Shown one piece after another: positions 18,767-27,562 of a stretch of 64,000 nucleotides of DNA (position 1 is the first letter of the stretch; each line of letters opens with the position of its first letter). A program made the translations under genes and the position numbers. The notes beneath the pieces were generated by a model. The model saw nothing but the letters and a program-made list of their open reading frames with translations, made no database searches and was not told the DNA's origin. Source of the DNA: Myxococcales bacterium. Its GTDB lineage: Bacteria; Myxococcota_A; UBA9042. The stretch spans positions 32,001 to 96,000 of the forward strand of contig JBBISH010000006.1 of the NCBI GenBank assembly GCA_037441385.1. The letters run 5' to 3'.

Positions 18767-19441
18767 ATGGTGCCCAAACTGCCCCGTATCCTCAAGCGAG
18801 TGGCGACCGGACTGCGGCGGTTGGCCGCGCTGCGGTGGCTGATGCTGTGGCTGACGCTGGCCTGGGGGTTGGCGGTGGCGCTGCCGATGGCCCTGAACTA
18901 CCCAGAACACGGGCTGGATCGCCCGGCGGTCCTGTGGCTGGGCGCGGCCGGGCCGCTGGGGGCGCTGGTGGCGGGCCTGACGGCGCGGCCGTGGTCGGTC
19001 CTAGCGGCGTGGCTGCTGGGCGCGGTGCCGCCGCTGGTCGCCTGTCCGCCGCTCTTAGAGACTAGCGCTGACAAACCATGGACTTCGTTGCTGCTGGCGC
19101 TGGCGCTGCTGGGCGCCGTCGACTCGGCGCTGCGCCTGGAGACCCAGGGCGCCGCCGACCTGCCGCGCTTCTTGGGGCTGCCGGCTTCGCTGCGCTGGCG
19201 GGTGCTGGCCGGACTGGGGGTCGTGTGGCTGGCCCTGGCCTGGTGGTGGCACCCGCTGGGCGTGCCCTTGCCGGATGCCGCGCGGTCCGTCCGCGTGGCC
19301 GGTGTCGCCTTGTGCTGGTCGCTAGTGGCCGGCGTGCCCATGGTCGGCCCCATTTCAGCGCAACCGTGGAAGGCCTTGCTCTTGCGCCGCGGGGCGTGGC
19401 TGCTGCTGCTGGGCGGGCTCTTGCGCCTGTGGCTGGGCTAG
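18767..19441 (+). CDS. Hypothetical integral membrane protein
   Basis: Several hydrophobic helices; divergent from the previous gene. Confidence 0.55.
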   Translation: MVPKLPRILKRVATGLRRLAALRWLMLWLTLAWGLAVALPMALNYPEHGLDRPAVLWLGAAGPLGALVAGLTARPWSVLAAWLLGAVPPLVACPPLLETSADKPWTSLLLALALLGAVDSALRLETQGAADLPRFLGLPASLRWRVLAGLGVVWLALAWWWHPLGVPLPDAARSVRVAGVALCWSLVAGVPMVGPISAQPWKALLLRRGAWLLLLGGLLRLWLG

Positions 19442-19680
19442 CCCCAAATGGGGCGCAAGCGAGCGCCTGCAGCGACTCGCCGCCCCGAGTTCGAAGGTTT
19501 GGATGCGCGGAGAAATTTCAAATCGATAGGCCCTCGAGGGCCCCGATCGGGCGCGCGCGTGCAGAGGGCTTGTCGGCATGGCTGCCGCGCCGCACAATCA
19601 CCGCCTGGTGCGGCCGGCGGGTCGCAGCGAGGTAGGCGGTGGCGGCAGTGCGCGGTCCCGACAATTCACCGCAGCCCAGT

Positions 19681-19863
19681 GTGCCGTTGTCGCGGCAGTT
19701 GTTGGCGGGCGTGCTGGAGTTGGCGGCGTTGGCGCCGATGGTGTACGCGCTGGATGCGCTAGAGCGCCGCGACTATCTGGCGGGCGGGCTGCTCCTGCTG
19801 CTAACTTGGGTGCTCGCCCGCACGGGCCTGGACTTGCTCCACTCCGCGGAGACGCAAGGATGA
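19681..19863 (+). CDS. Small hypothetical membrane protein
   Basis: Two hydrophobic segments. Its stop overlaps ATG 19860 (ATGA coupling). Start (GTG 19681) is uncertain. Confidence 0.5.
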   Translation: MPLSRQLLAGVLELAALAPMVYALDALERRDYLAGGLLLLLTWVLARTGLDLLHSAETQG

Positions 19864-20921
19864 ACCGCCGCCCGACCGCCCTTGGCCTGCTGCTTGCGGG
19901 GCTGACCGCTTGCACGGCCGCGCCCGCGCCGACGGCGCTCGCGCCCAAGCCACCCGCTTTTGTTGCGCCCAAGCTGCCGATCGGCCCGCTGGCCCATGCC
20001 CCGTGGGTCGCGGCCCCGTGCACGCCGGGCGCGTTGCCGGCCGACGTGCTCGCTTGTGTCGGTGGCCGGCCGATTGCCCGCGCCGAGTTCGATCGCGCCT
20101 GGGCCCAGGCCGAGCCCGGCACCAGCAGCCGCGACCTGCTGCAAGCGATGATCGACGAAGAGCTTTTGGCGCAAGAGGCGGCGCGCAAGGGGCTGTGGGC
20201 CAACGCAGTGGTGCAGCAAACCCAGCGGCGCGCCATGGCTGGGCTGCAGCTCGACCGGGCGATGGCCAAAGTGACGCCCGAGAGCATTGCCCCGGCCGAT
20301 CTGCAAAAGGCCTATCGTTTTCCGCAGATCATCGTCCGCTACGACCACGTCGACGCCTACTTCGTCATCGACGGCCAAATGCTGTGCTGCACGGGCGATT
20401 TCAAGCAGTGTTCGCAACGCGACGACGTGCGCGCCTGTATCGACGAGACGGCGCCCAAAGCCCAGGCCGTGTATGCGCATTTGCTGGCGGATCCGCCACA
20501 GACGCCCGCCGAGATGTTTGCGCGCCTGAAGGTCCTGGGCGAGACCCGCCCCGAGCTGGGCGCGGCCAACGTGCAATTCTACTACGACAAGTCCAAGCCG
20601 TACCGCGAGCAGAAGGGCTACGACGTGATGATTCAAGAGTTTGCCGAGGCGGTGGTGCAGATGCAGCCCGGCCAGCTCCACGAGCCGATCCGTTCCGCTT
20701 TTGGCTGGCACATTCCCTATCTAGAGCGGATCGATCCGGCTGTGCACAAACCCTGGAACGACCCCGACGTGCGCGCCGAGATCAGCGCCAACATCCTGAC
20801 GCCGATTCGCGAGCGCGAGGCGCAGCGCTACGTGTTCGAGCTGCACCGCCAGCAAGGGGTCGAGATCTTTTTCGATGTGCTGGATCCGCCGGCATCGGGC
20901 GAAGCCGCCGAAGAACCTTAG
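19860..20921 (+). CDS. SurA/PrsA-like peptidyl-prolyl isomerase lipoprotein
   Basis: Lipobox GLTA-C, SurA-N-like LQAMIDEELLAQEA, parvulin motif EFAEAV...EPIRSAFGWHI. Confidence 0.8.
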   Translation: MNRRPTALGLLLAGLTACTAAPAPTALAPKPPAFVAPKLPIGPLAHAPWVAAPCTPGALPADVLACVGGRPIARAEFDRAWAQAEPGTSSRDLLQAMIDEELLAQEAARKGLWANAVVQQTQRRAMAGLQLDRAMAKVTPESIAPADLQKAYRFPQIIVRYDHVDAYFVIDGQMLCCTGDFKQCSQRDDVRACIDETAPKAQAVYAHLLADPPQTPAEMFARLKVLGETRPELGAANVQFYYDKSKPYREQKGYDVMIQEFAEAVVQMQPGQLHEPIRSAFGWHIPYLERIDPAVHKPWNDPDVRAEISANILTPIREREAQRYVFELHRQQGVEIFFDVLDPPASGEAAEEP

Positions 20922-21970
20922 GATTTTGCCGAGGTTGGCCCGCCCTGCCACACCGGCTGATCCAGCCCAGGCAGCTTGGCGTCGTCGCCATACAGGCCCT
21001 TGGCGACTTCGGCCAGATCCGCAGGCCAGTCCAGCACAAAGCGCAGCATCGCCCCGGTGCGCGGGTGGCGAAAACCCAGCGCATAGGCGTGCAGGGCCTG
21101 CCGCTGGATCTTGGCCAGCCAGGGCAGGTCGCGCGCCGTTCGCTCGGTGCGGGCATGGCTGCGCTGGCCGCCGTACAGGGCGTCGCCAGCGATCGGGTGG
21201 CCCATCTCGGCCAGATGCATCCGGATCTGGTGCGTACGGCCGGTCTCTAGCGTGCACACCACCAGGGTGGTCAGCGGCGAGCGCGCCAGCACCGTAAAGT
21301 GGCTGACCGCCGCCTTGCCTTCTTTGACCCGGCCCGAAAACTTCTTGCGATCGACCGGATGGCGGCCGTGCAGGGTCCGCAGCGTCAGCTGCGCCTGGGG
21401 CAGATTCCCCAGCGCGATCGCCACGTAGCGCCGCTCTAGCCGGTGCGCGGCAAAGTCCGCCGCCAGCTTTTGCATCGAACGTTCGTTTTTGGACACCACC
21501 AGCAGGCCCGAGGTGTCCTTGTCGATGCGGTGCACCAGCCCCGGCCGCACCTCCACGCCGCCCAGCCCCTGCATCTGCGGCGCGTGGTGCAGCAGCGCGT
21601 TGACCAGGGTGCCCGATTCGTGGCCCGCCGCCGGGTGCACCACCAGCCCGGCCGGCTTGTCCAGCACCAGCAAGTCCTCGTCTTCGTACAGGATCGTCAG
21701 CGGCAGCGCCTCGGGCTCGGCCGAGAGCTCTGGACGCGGCTGCACCGCCACCTGCAGCACCATGGTCTTGTGGACGAGCAGGCTGGGCTTCAGCTTGGCG
21801 TTCTTGGGGCCTTGCACCCACGTCACGTGGCCGTCGGTCAAGTGATCGGTGGCACGGGCGCGGCTCATGCCCTCGATGCGGGCCACCAGCCAGGCGTCCA
21901 GGCGCATCCCCGACTCGTGCGGCGCCACGGCCAGCACCAACGGCTCGGGCAGATCGTGAGGGTGCGTCAC
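20918..21970 (-). CDS. rluD: 23S rRNA pseudouridine synthase (RluA/RluD family)
   Basis: S4 domain (RLDAWL), KPAGLVVHP, HRIDKDTSG, LETGRTHQIR and QALHA. Confidence 0.93.
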   Translation of the reverse strand: MTHPHDLPEPLVLAVAPHESGMRLDAWLVARIEGMSRARATDHLTDGHVTWVQGPKNAKLKPSLLVHKTMVLQVAVQPRPELSAEPEALPLTILYEDEDLLVLDKPAGLVVHPAAGHESGTLVNALLHHAPQMQGLGGVEVRPGLVHRIDKDTSGLLVVSKNERSMQKLAADFAAHRLERRYVAIALGNLPQAQLTLRTLHGRHPVDRKKFSGRVKEGKAAVSHFTVLARSPLTTLVVCTLETGRTHQIRMHLAEMGHPIAGDALYGGQRSHARTERTARDLPWLAKIQRQALHAYALGFRHPRTGAMLRFVLDWPADLAEVAKGLYGDDAKLPGLDQPVWQGGPTSAKS

Positions 21971-21974
21971 GCGA

Positions 21975-24644
21975 TCACTCTTGTGGGGCGGGCGCAGGTT
22001 CCGCAGGCGCTGCCGCTGGTTCGGCGTACCAGGTCTGGGCGGCGGCGATCACCTTGGCCAGCCCGACCGGATCGGCCTTGCTGATCGTCTTCAGATCCTC
22101 GATCTCGCGGATGAGCTCGGCCTTCTCTTTGCGATCCAGGCGCACGGCCTCCCAGCCCTCGTGAATGGCTTGATCGAACTTGCCATTGGCCGCCAGGACC
22201 ACGGAGTAGGCGCGCTTGAGGTCGGCGTGATCGGTGCCCGCCAGCTCGGCGGCGCTCTGGGCCCAGGGCAACGCCTTGTCGAACTGCCCCAACTTGCGCA
22301 GGCCGTCCGAAATTTCCGCAGCCCGCTCGCGGCGTTCCTTGCGCTTGGCCTCTTCGCCGCGGCCGTCGTTGGGGATGCCCAGCGCGTCCAAGATCTGCAG
22401 CCACTCGGTGTACTCCTTCCACTTTTGCAGCTTCTTGGCCGACTTGATGCCGTGGTTCAGCGAGGTCTTGTAGGCGCCGACCAACTGCCCGCCGTCGTCG
22501 CTGGGCCAATTGCCCGAGGCGCGGTAGGCCTGGTACCCCGGCACTTGCTTAGCCACCAGTTCCAGCACCTTGGCCTCGCCGTCGTGGGCCATCAGGTGTC
22601 CCAGCCGCACGTTCAAGGCGATCAGTTCGTCGGGCTTGAGCTCCAGCGACCGGTCCACTGCCTCGTCCATGTTCTTGGTGTCGCCGATGCGCGCCGAGAA
22701 CATCGCGACATTCACCCAGGCATTCAACAGGTTGGGATACAGCGCCAGCGAGCGGTGCAGGCTGTCGATCGCCTCCTTGGTGCGGCCCAGCGAATTGAGG
22801 CACAGCGCCTCGATGAAGTGGTTCTGGAAGTCGTCGGGATTGAGGGCGATCGCCTTGCGGATCTCGATCAACCCTTCGCCAGCGCGACCGGGCTGCTTCT
22901 GCAGGTTGCGGGCGTCGGTAAAGCCGTGCTCGGCGATCATCCAGCGCTCGTGCAGCCCCACATAGCCGCCAAACCCTTGCAGATACACCATGGTGAACAA
23001 GGCCGCGCCGATGAGCCCACTCGACTGGGCGCTGGTCCAGCGGCGCTGCGCGTCCGGCTCCTTGGGGCTCAGCAGGCCGTCGGCCGCGGCGATGATGCCC
23101 AGCTGCACACAGAACAAGAACGTGGGCATCGGCAGCTGCAGCGGGAACGAGGCCATCGCGTCGCCGCAGATCCCCACGATGCCCATCAGCGAGCCGATCG
23201 CCGCAAAGGCGAGCGTCGCCGCGCCGCCCGGATCGTCTTGATTGTTCGAGGCCTTGCGCACCACCCGCAGCGTGGTCCAGGTCGCCAGACCCAGCAGCGC
23301 CAGCAGCGCCAGCAAGCCCTGGAAGCCGTACTCCGAGCCAAACATCAAGAAGTCGTTGTGGGCGCGGATCGGCTGCTTGGCGATGGTGAACATCTCGTTC
23401 TTTTCGCGCTGCAGCAGGTAAGTGGGGAACAGCACGCGCCAATTGCCGGCGCCGCCGCCCAGGGGCTCGTGCTTCATCGCGTTCCACGACGCGGCCAACA
23501 TCGAGCCGCGCCAGCGGTAGGCGCTGGACTCGAAGTCAAAGAACGACTTGAGCAATTCGGGCACCGACTTGGTGCGCTTTTGATCGCCTTCTTCCACGCG
23601 CTCGGCGGCCGGCTTCTTGGCGTCGGCGATCGCGGCGATCCCGCCGTTCAGCGCCACCACCAGGGCGATCGGCACCATCACCGCCTTGGCCGAGCGCCCG
23701 AACAGGCCGATCGGCGCGCGCGCCGGGGGCGTCTCGCCCAATTCGCCACTCGTGGTCTGCTTGGCGTCGCGCTTGGCCCACAGCACGCCGGTCAGCCACA
23801 GCGCCGCGGCCACCCCGATGCCGGCGATCGCCCCGGCCCAAGCCGAGCGCGTCACCGTGAGCATCAGGTAATACAGAAGCAGATCCAGGGTGATCGACAT
23901 CGAGACCATCAGCAGCAGCCCGGTCAGGCGCTTGCCGTGGGCAAAGGCGCGCAGGCCAACGGCCATGCCGACGTAGGCAAACGGCACCACCGCGACCACG
24001 ACCTCGGCCGCCATGTTGCGGTTGCCAAAGGTCGAGCCCGGTTTGCTGATGATTGTCCAACGTTTTTCGGGCAGCAGGCTGGCGATGCTGTGCTGCTCGC
24101 CGATGCCGATCAGCGCCACGATCAGGCCGCCGATGAGCAGGCCGCCGATCAGGTACGCCAAGTGCCGTGGTCGCCGCACGCCTACCACCGTCACCCAAAA
24201 CACCGCCGCCGCGGCCAGCCAGCGGTGCACGTCGTAGCGCGCAAAAATCGACAGGATGCCGCCGGTGTGCGACGGCGCCAGCGCCAGCGAGAACAAGATC
24301 GACGCGATCAGCGCGAAGCCGGCCCACACCATCGGCGTGATCCGGAAGCGCAGTGGCCGCCCCATCGCCGCCAGCACGCCGGCCAGACCGACCAGCAAGG
24401 TGGCGCCGGTAGCCAAGTACAACTGCTTGGGAAGCTGGAATAAATCGCGGATGCCCGGCTCGACGGCTCGCGCCATGACCATCGCCAGCAGGCCGATTCC
24501 CAGGGGCAACAGGTCGTCCAGGGGCGAGTCGTCGCTCGCCTCGTGATCCGCGCCCGCGCGCGGCTTGGCTTGCGCCGGGGCGGCCGTATCGGGCGCAGCG
24601 TCGGCACGGATCACTTCAATTTGCTTGCGATTCTTCTTGGACAC
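21975..24644 (-). CDS. O-antigen ligase / O-oligosaccharyltransferase-family membrane protein with C-terminal TPRs
   Basis: GTG 24644 after GGAGG; many TMs; STFGNRN, TRSAW, PLGGGAGNW and AHND motifs; TPR-like helices. Confidence 0.8.
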   Translation of the reverse strand: MSKKNRKQIEVIRADAAPDTAAPAQAKPRAGADHEASDDSPLDDLLPLGIGLLAMVMARAVEPGIRDLFQLPKQLYLATGATLLVGLAGVLAAMGRPLRFRITPMVWAGFALIASILFSLALAPSHTGGILSIFARYDVHRWLAAAAVFWVTVVGVRRPRHLAYLIGGLLIGGLIVALIGIGEQHSIASLLPEKRWTIISKPGSTFGNRNMAAEVVVAVVPFAYVGMAVGLRAFAHGKRLTGLLLMVSMSITLDLLLYYLMLTVTRSAWAGAIAGIGVAAALWLTGVLWAKRDAKQTTSGELGETPPARAPIGLFGRSAKAVMVPIALVVALNGGIAAIADAKKPAAERVEEGDQKRTKSVPELLKSFFDFESSAYRWRGSMLAASWNAMKHEPLGGGAGNWRVLFPTYLLQREKNEMFTIAKQPIRAHNDFLMFGSEYGFQGLLALLALLGLATWTTLRVVRKASNNQDDPGGAATLAFAAIGSLMGIVGICGDAMASFPLQLPMPTFLFCVQLGIIAAADGLLSPKEPDAQRRWTSAQSSGLIGAALFTMVYLQGFGGYVGLHERWMIAEHGFTDARNLQKQPGRAGEGLIEIRKAIALNPDDFQNHFIEALCLNSLGRTKEAIDSLHRSLALYPNLLNAWVNVAMFSARIGDTKNMDEAVDRSLELKPDELIALNVRLGHLMAHDGEAKVLELVAKQVPGYQAYRASGNWPSDDGGQLVGAYKTSLNHGIKSAKKLQKWKEYTEWLQILDALGIPNDGRGEEAKRKERRERAAEISDGLRKLGQFDKALPWAQSAAELAGTDHADLKRAYSVVLAANGKFDQAIHEGWEAVRLDRKEKAELIREIEDLKTISKADPVGLAKVIAAAQTWYAEPAAAPAEPAPAPQE

Positions 24645-24909
24645 CCCTGCCTCCGACGCCCGTAGCGGGCGGTAGCCCGCCGCAAAAAACGGGCAAGAGT
24701 ATAGATCATTTTCGCCGCCGTGTAGATCGCCGCCGACGTTCTGATGTGGGCGCTGCAAAATTGCAGAGTTAGGTCCTGCCGGCCAACTATTTTTGCGGCA
24801 GACGAAAAAAGTTGCGCCGGAGCCGCGGCAAAAGTCGCGCTCGCATCGATCAACAAGATGACGCGGACGAACCGCGCGCCACCACCCCAAGCCCCGCAGG
24901 AGCCCAACC

Positions 24910-25293
24910 ATGCTTTTGACGACCCCGACCGCGACCTTGGCCCCCGACCTGGACCCCAGTGTGGAGTTGCACTTGGACCATGCCGCAGACCCGCACCACT
25001 GGCACTGCGCGCCGCCGCAACTGCATCGCGAATTGGATCGCTTGGAGCACCTGCTGGTCGTGGCCCGCCAGCACCCGCGGTTGTGGCAGCAAGCGATTGC
25101 GGGGCGGGAACAGCCGCTCGCCCTGTGGCTGTTCGGCGTGGCGCTGGGCGTGGCGCAGTGGGGTTGCGGCGATACCGCGTTGCTGCTGCTAGAGGCGCTG
25201 CCGGGAGTGCCCGGCGCGGCCGGCGGTCGCGGCGAACTACTGCGCGAAATCCTGGATTGCGACAATACTTGTGCGGAATTGCGGGCAGCTTAG
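24910..25293 (+). CDS. Hypothetical protein
   Basis: ATG after AGGAG; fills the gap upstream of the sigma54 activator; no recognisable motif. Confidence 0.45.
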   Translation: MLLTTPTATLAPDLDPSVELHLDHAADPHHWHCAPPQLHRELDRLEHLLVVARQHPRLWQQAIAGREQPLALWLFGVALGVAQWGCGDTALLLLEALPGVPGAAGGRGELLREILDCDNTCAELRAA

Positions 25294-25407
25294 GCCGGCC
25301 TTGGTCCGGCCGGGAAGCGAACACCGGCCCTCTTTGCTTGCGGCGTAGGCAAGCACTCCAGACTCCCTCCCTGCGGGCGGCGCCGCCCGCCCTTGCTCAA
25401 GGAAGCC

Positions 25408-26649
25408 ATGAACATGCAAACGAATCATTCGGGTTTTGCCGTCTTGCTGCCCACGGCCCAAGGCTGGCGGGCCGTGCCCGTGGCTCAAAAGCTGGTGGTG
25501 GGCTCGGCTTGCGTGCCCGGCTTGGTCGACGTGGCGGAGGTCGCCCCGCAACACTGTGTTTTTGAAGCCATCGGCGCCAAGCTGCTGGTGCGCGACGCCG
25601 GACCGGGCACCACTCGTGTCGACGATGTCGACGCCAGCTGCCGGGCCGTGCCCGTCCAAGCCGGCGCGGTGGTTCGCCTGGGCCGGGTACCCCTGGTAGT
25701 GGTCCAGCAACGCCGCGACCCCAACGGGTGGTGGTGCGGTGTCGGCGACCTGGGCTCGTGGTCGGCCAGCATGTGGCCCGTTCTGGCCCAACTGGCGCTG
25801 CTGGCGCCCGCGACGTGTCCGGTCCTCCTGCGCGGCGAGACGGGCACCGGCAAGGAAGTTGCCGCGCGGGCGTTGCACCAGCTTTCGGCGCGCGCCCATC
25901 GGCCGCTGGTGGCCGTCAACTGTGGAGCCTTGCACGGGGATTTGCTGCTGGCCGAGCTGTTCGGCGCCGAGCGTGGCGCCTACACCGGCTGCACAGAGCG
26001 GCGCAAAGGGGCCTTTGAGCGCGCCGACGGCGGGACACTGTTCCTGGACGAATTGGGCGAGTTGCCGGCCACGGCCCAGGCGGCGCTGCTGCGCGCGCTG
26101 GAATCGGGCGAGATCCAGGTCCTGGGCGGGGCGACGCGCAAGGTCGACGTCCGGCTGATTTGCGCCACCCACCGCGACCTGCCGGCGCTGGTTGCTATGC
26201 AACGTTTCCGCCTGGACCTGCTGCACCGCATCCACGTGGCCGAGCTGGCGCTGCCGGCGCTGCGCGATCGCCGCAACGACGTGGCCGGTCTGGCGCACCT
26301 CTGGTGGCCCGACGCGGAGTTGAGCGAGGCGCTGCTCGCCGCCCTGGCCGGCTACGCATTTCCGGGCAATCTCAGGGAATTGCGCAACGTCCTGCAGCGC
26401 TTGCAGCTGGTGGCGCGCTTTGGCGTGCCCGACCTGGGCGACTTGGCCACGGTCCTCGGCCCGGCGCGGCTGGGTGGCCCGGGGCGCGATGCGGCGGGTC
26501 AGACCTCGGCGCTGTTGGCCAGCCCCGGCGAGCTCGACTTCGAGCAACTGCGCGCCGCGGGGTTGTCGGCGCAGCAGGTGTGGCGGGCCAGTGGGCTGCC
26601 GCGCGCGACGTTTTACCGACGTTGGCGGCAGGCCAAGCAGGCTGCGTGA
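25408..26649 (+). CDS. Sigma54-dependent enhancer-binding protein (degenerate FHA, AAA+, HTH)
   Basis: GETGTGKE, AELFG-ERGAYTG, GGTLFLDE, FRLDLLHR, FPGNLREL; terminal HTH GLPRATFYRR. Confidence 0.88.
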   Translation: MNMQTNHSGFAVLLPTAQGWRAVPVAQKLVVGSACVPGLVDVAEVAPQHCVFEAIGAKLLVRDAGPGTTRVDDVDASCRAVPVQAGAVVRLGRVPLVVVQQRRDPNGWWCGVGDLGSWSASMWPVLAQLALLAPATCPVLLRGETGTGKEVAARALHQLSARAHRPLVAVNCGALHGDLLLAELFGAERGAYTGCTERRKGAFERADGGTLFLDELGELPATAQAALLRALESGEIQVLGGATRKVDVRLICATHRDLPALVAMQRFRLDLLHRIHVAELALPALRDRRNDVAGLAHLWWPDAELSEALLAALAGYAFPGNLRELRNVLQRLQLVARFGVPDLGDLATVLGPARLGGPGRDAAGQTSALLASPGELDFEQLRAAGLSAQQVWRASGLPRATFYRRWRQAKQAA

Positions 26650-26778
26650 TGAGCGCCAGGCGATGCCCCGGTTGGGCTTGGATTGGCGGCCAATTCGGGT
26701 TGCGCGGGCGATTTTGTTGACAGGCGCCGTGATCGGCCTTCCTCTAACCGCAGCGCCGGTGCGCGCTGAACTGAGTTC

Positions 26779-27471
26779 ATGCCGATGTTCCCCTCTTGCC
26801 GTCTTGGTCCTTTTGCGGTCGTTCTGGCCGTCGCCGCGGGGCTGGCGCTTGAAGCACAAGCCGCTGAGCCGTCCGTATGGGGGGCAACGCCGCTGGATCA
26901 GGGGCAATGGGGCGTGTGGGGCACGCTCGGCGCTCCCGATGTCGAGGGCGGCGCGCGTTTTGGTCTGTCCAGCGTCGCCGACGTGGGGGCTCGCCTGCGC
27001 TTGTCGGGCGGGACGGGCGCGACCATGGGCGGCTTTGGCGTGACCATGAGCGGACTTACGCGGCTGCGGCTAGCGCGGCTGGGCGATTGGGAGGTGGCGC
27101 TGCAGGCCGAGCCGGGCCTCAACATCCACGGCTCGGCGCAGCATTGGGCGCCCCTGGTCAAAGCCAAGGCCGACAAAGCGGCCAATCTTGTCGCTTTGGA
27201 TCTTGGTCTGCCTGCCGTGACGGCCTCGACCTGGCTCACCCCTTCGCTGCTGCTGGCCGTGGGGCTGGCCGCGCCGCTGCGCGTCTACGTGTTGCCCGAG
27301 GCCACGTTGGAGGTGCCGGTGCTGCTGCAGGTGGCGACCGAGGCGAAGGTCTCTGGCCATTGGTCGGCCCTGGCCGGCGGCGAATTGGGCGGCAATTTCT
27401 ATGGTCCCGGCGCGGGCGCGGCGACCGCCGACTGGTCGTGGCGGCTGCGCTTGGGGCTGGGCTGGCGCTGA
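26779..27471 (+). CDS. Putative outer-membrane beta-barrel protein
   Basis: Signal peptide ending AQA, alternating beta strands, C-terminus RLGLGWR. Confidence 0.55.
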   Translation: MPMFPSCRLGPFAVVLAVAAGLALEAQAAEPSVWGATPLDQGQWGVWGTLGAPDVEGGARFGLSSVADVGARLRLSGGTGATMGGFGVTMSGLTRLRLARLGDWEVALQAEPGLNIHGSAQHWAPLVKAKADKAANLVALDLGLPAVTASTWLTPSLLLAVGLAAPLRVYVLPEATLEVPVLLQVATEAKVSGHWSALAGGELGGNFYGPGAGAATADWSWRLRLGLGWR

Positions 27472-27510
27472 CCGCAAGCTGGCGGGCAGGCGCAAAACGT
27501 GCGGCGCGGC

Positions 27511-27538
27511 TTGACTTTTTGACCCAGGATGGTAGAAC
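27511..27538 (+). promoter_or_regulatory. Candidate sigma70 promoter for the glycosyltransferase
   Basis: TTGACT, 16-nt spacer, TAGAAC with a TG extension; 24 nt upstream of ATG 27563. Confidence 0.45.
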
Positions 27539-27562
27539 GCCGCGGCTTTTGGGTACCGCGCC

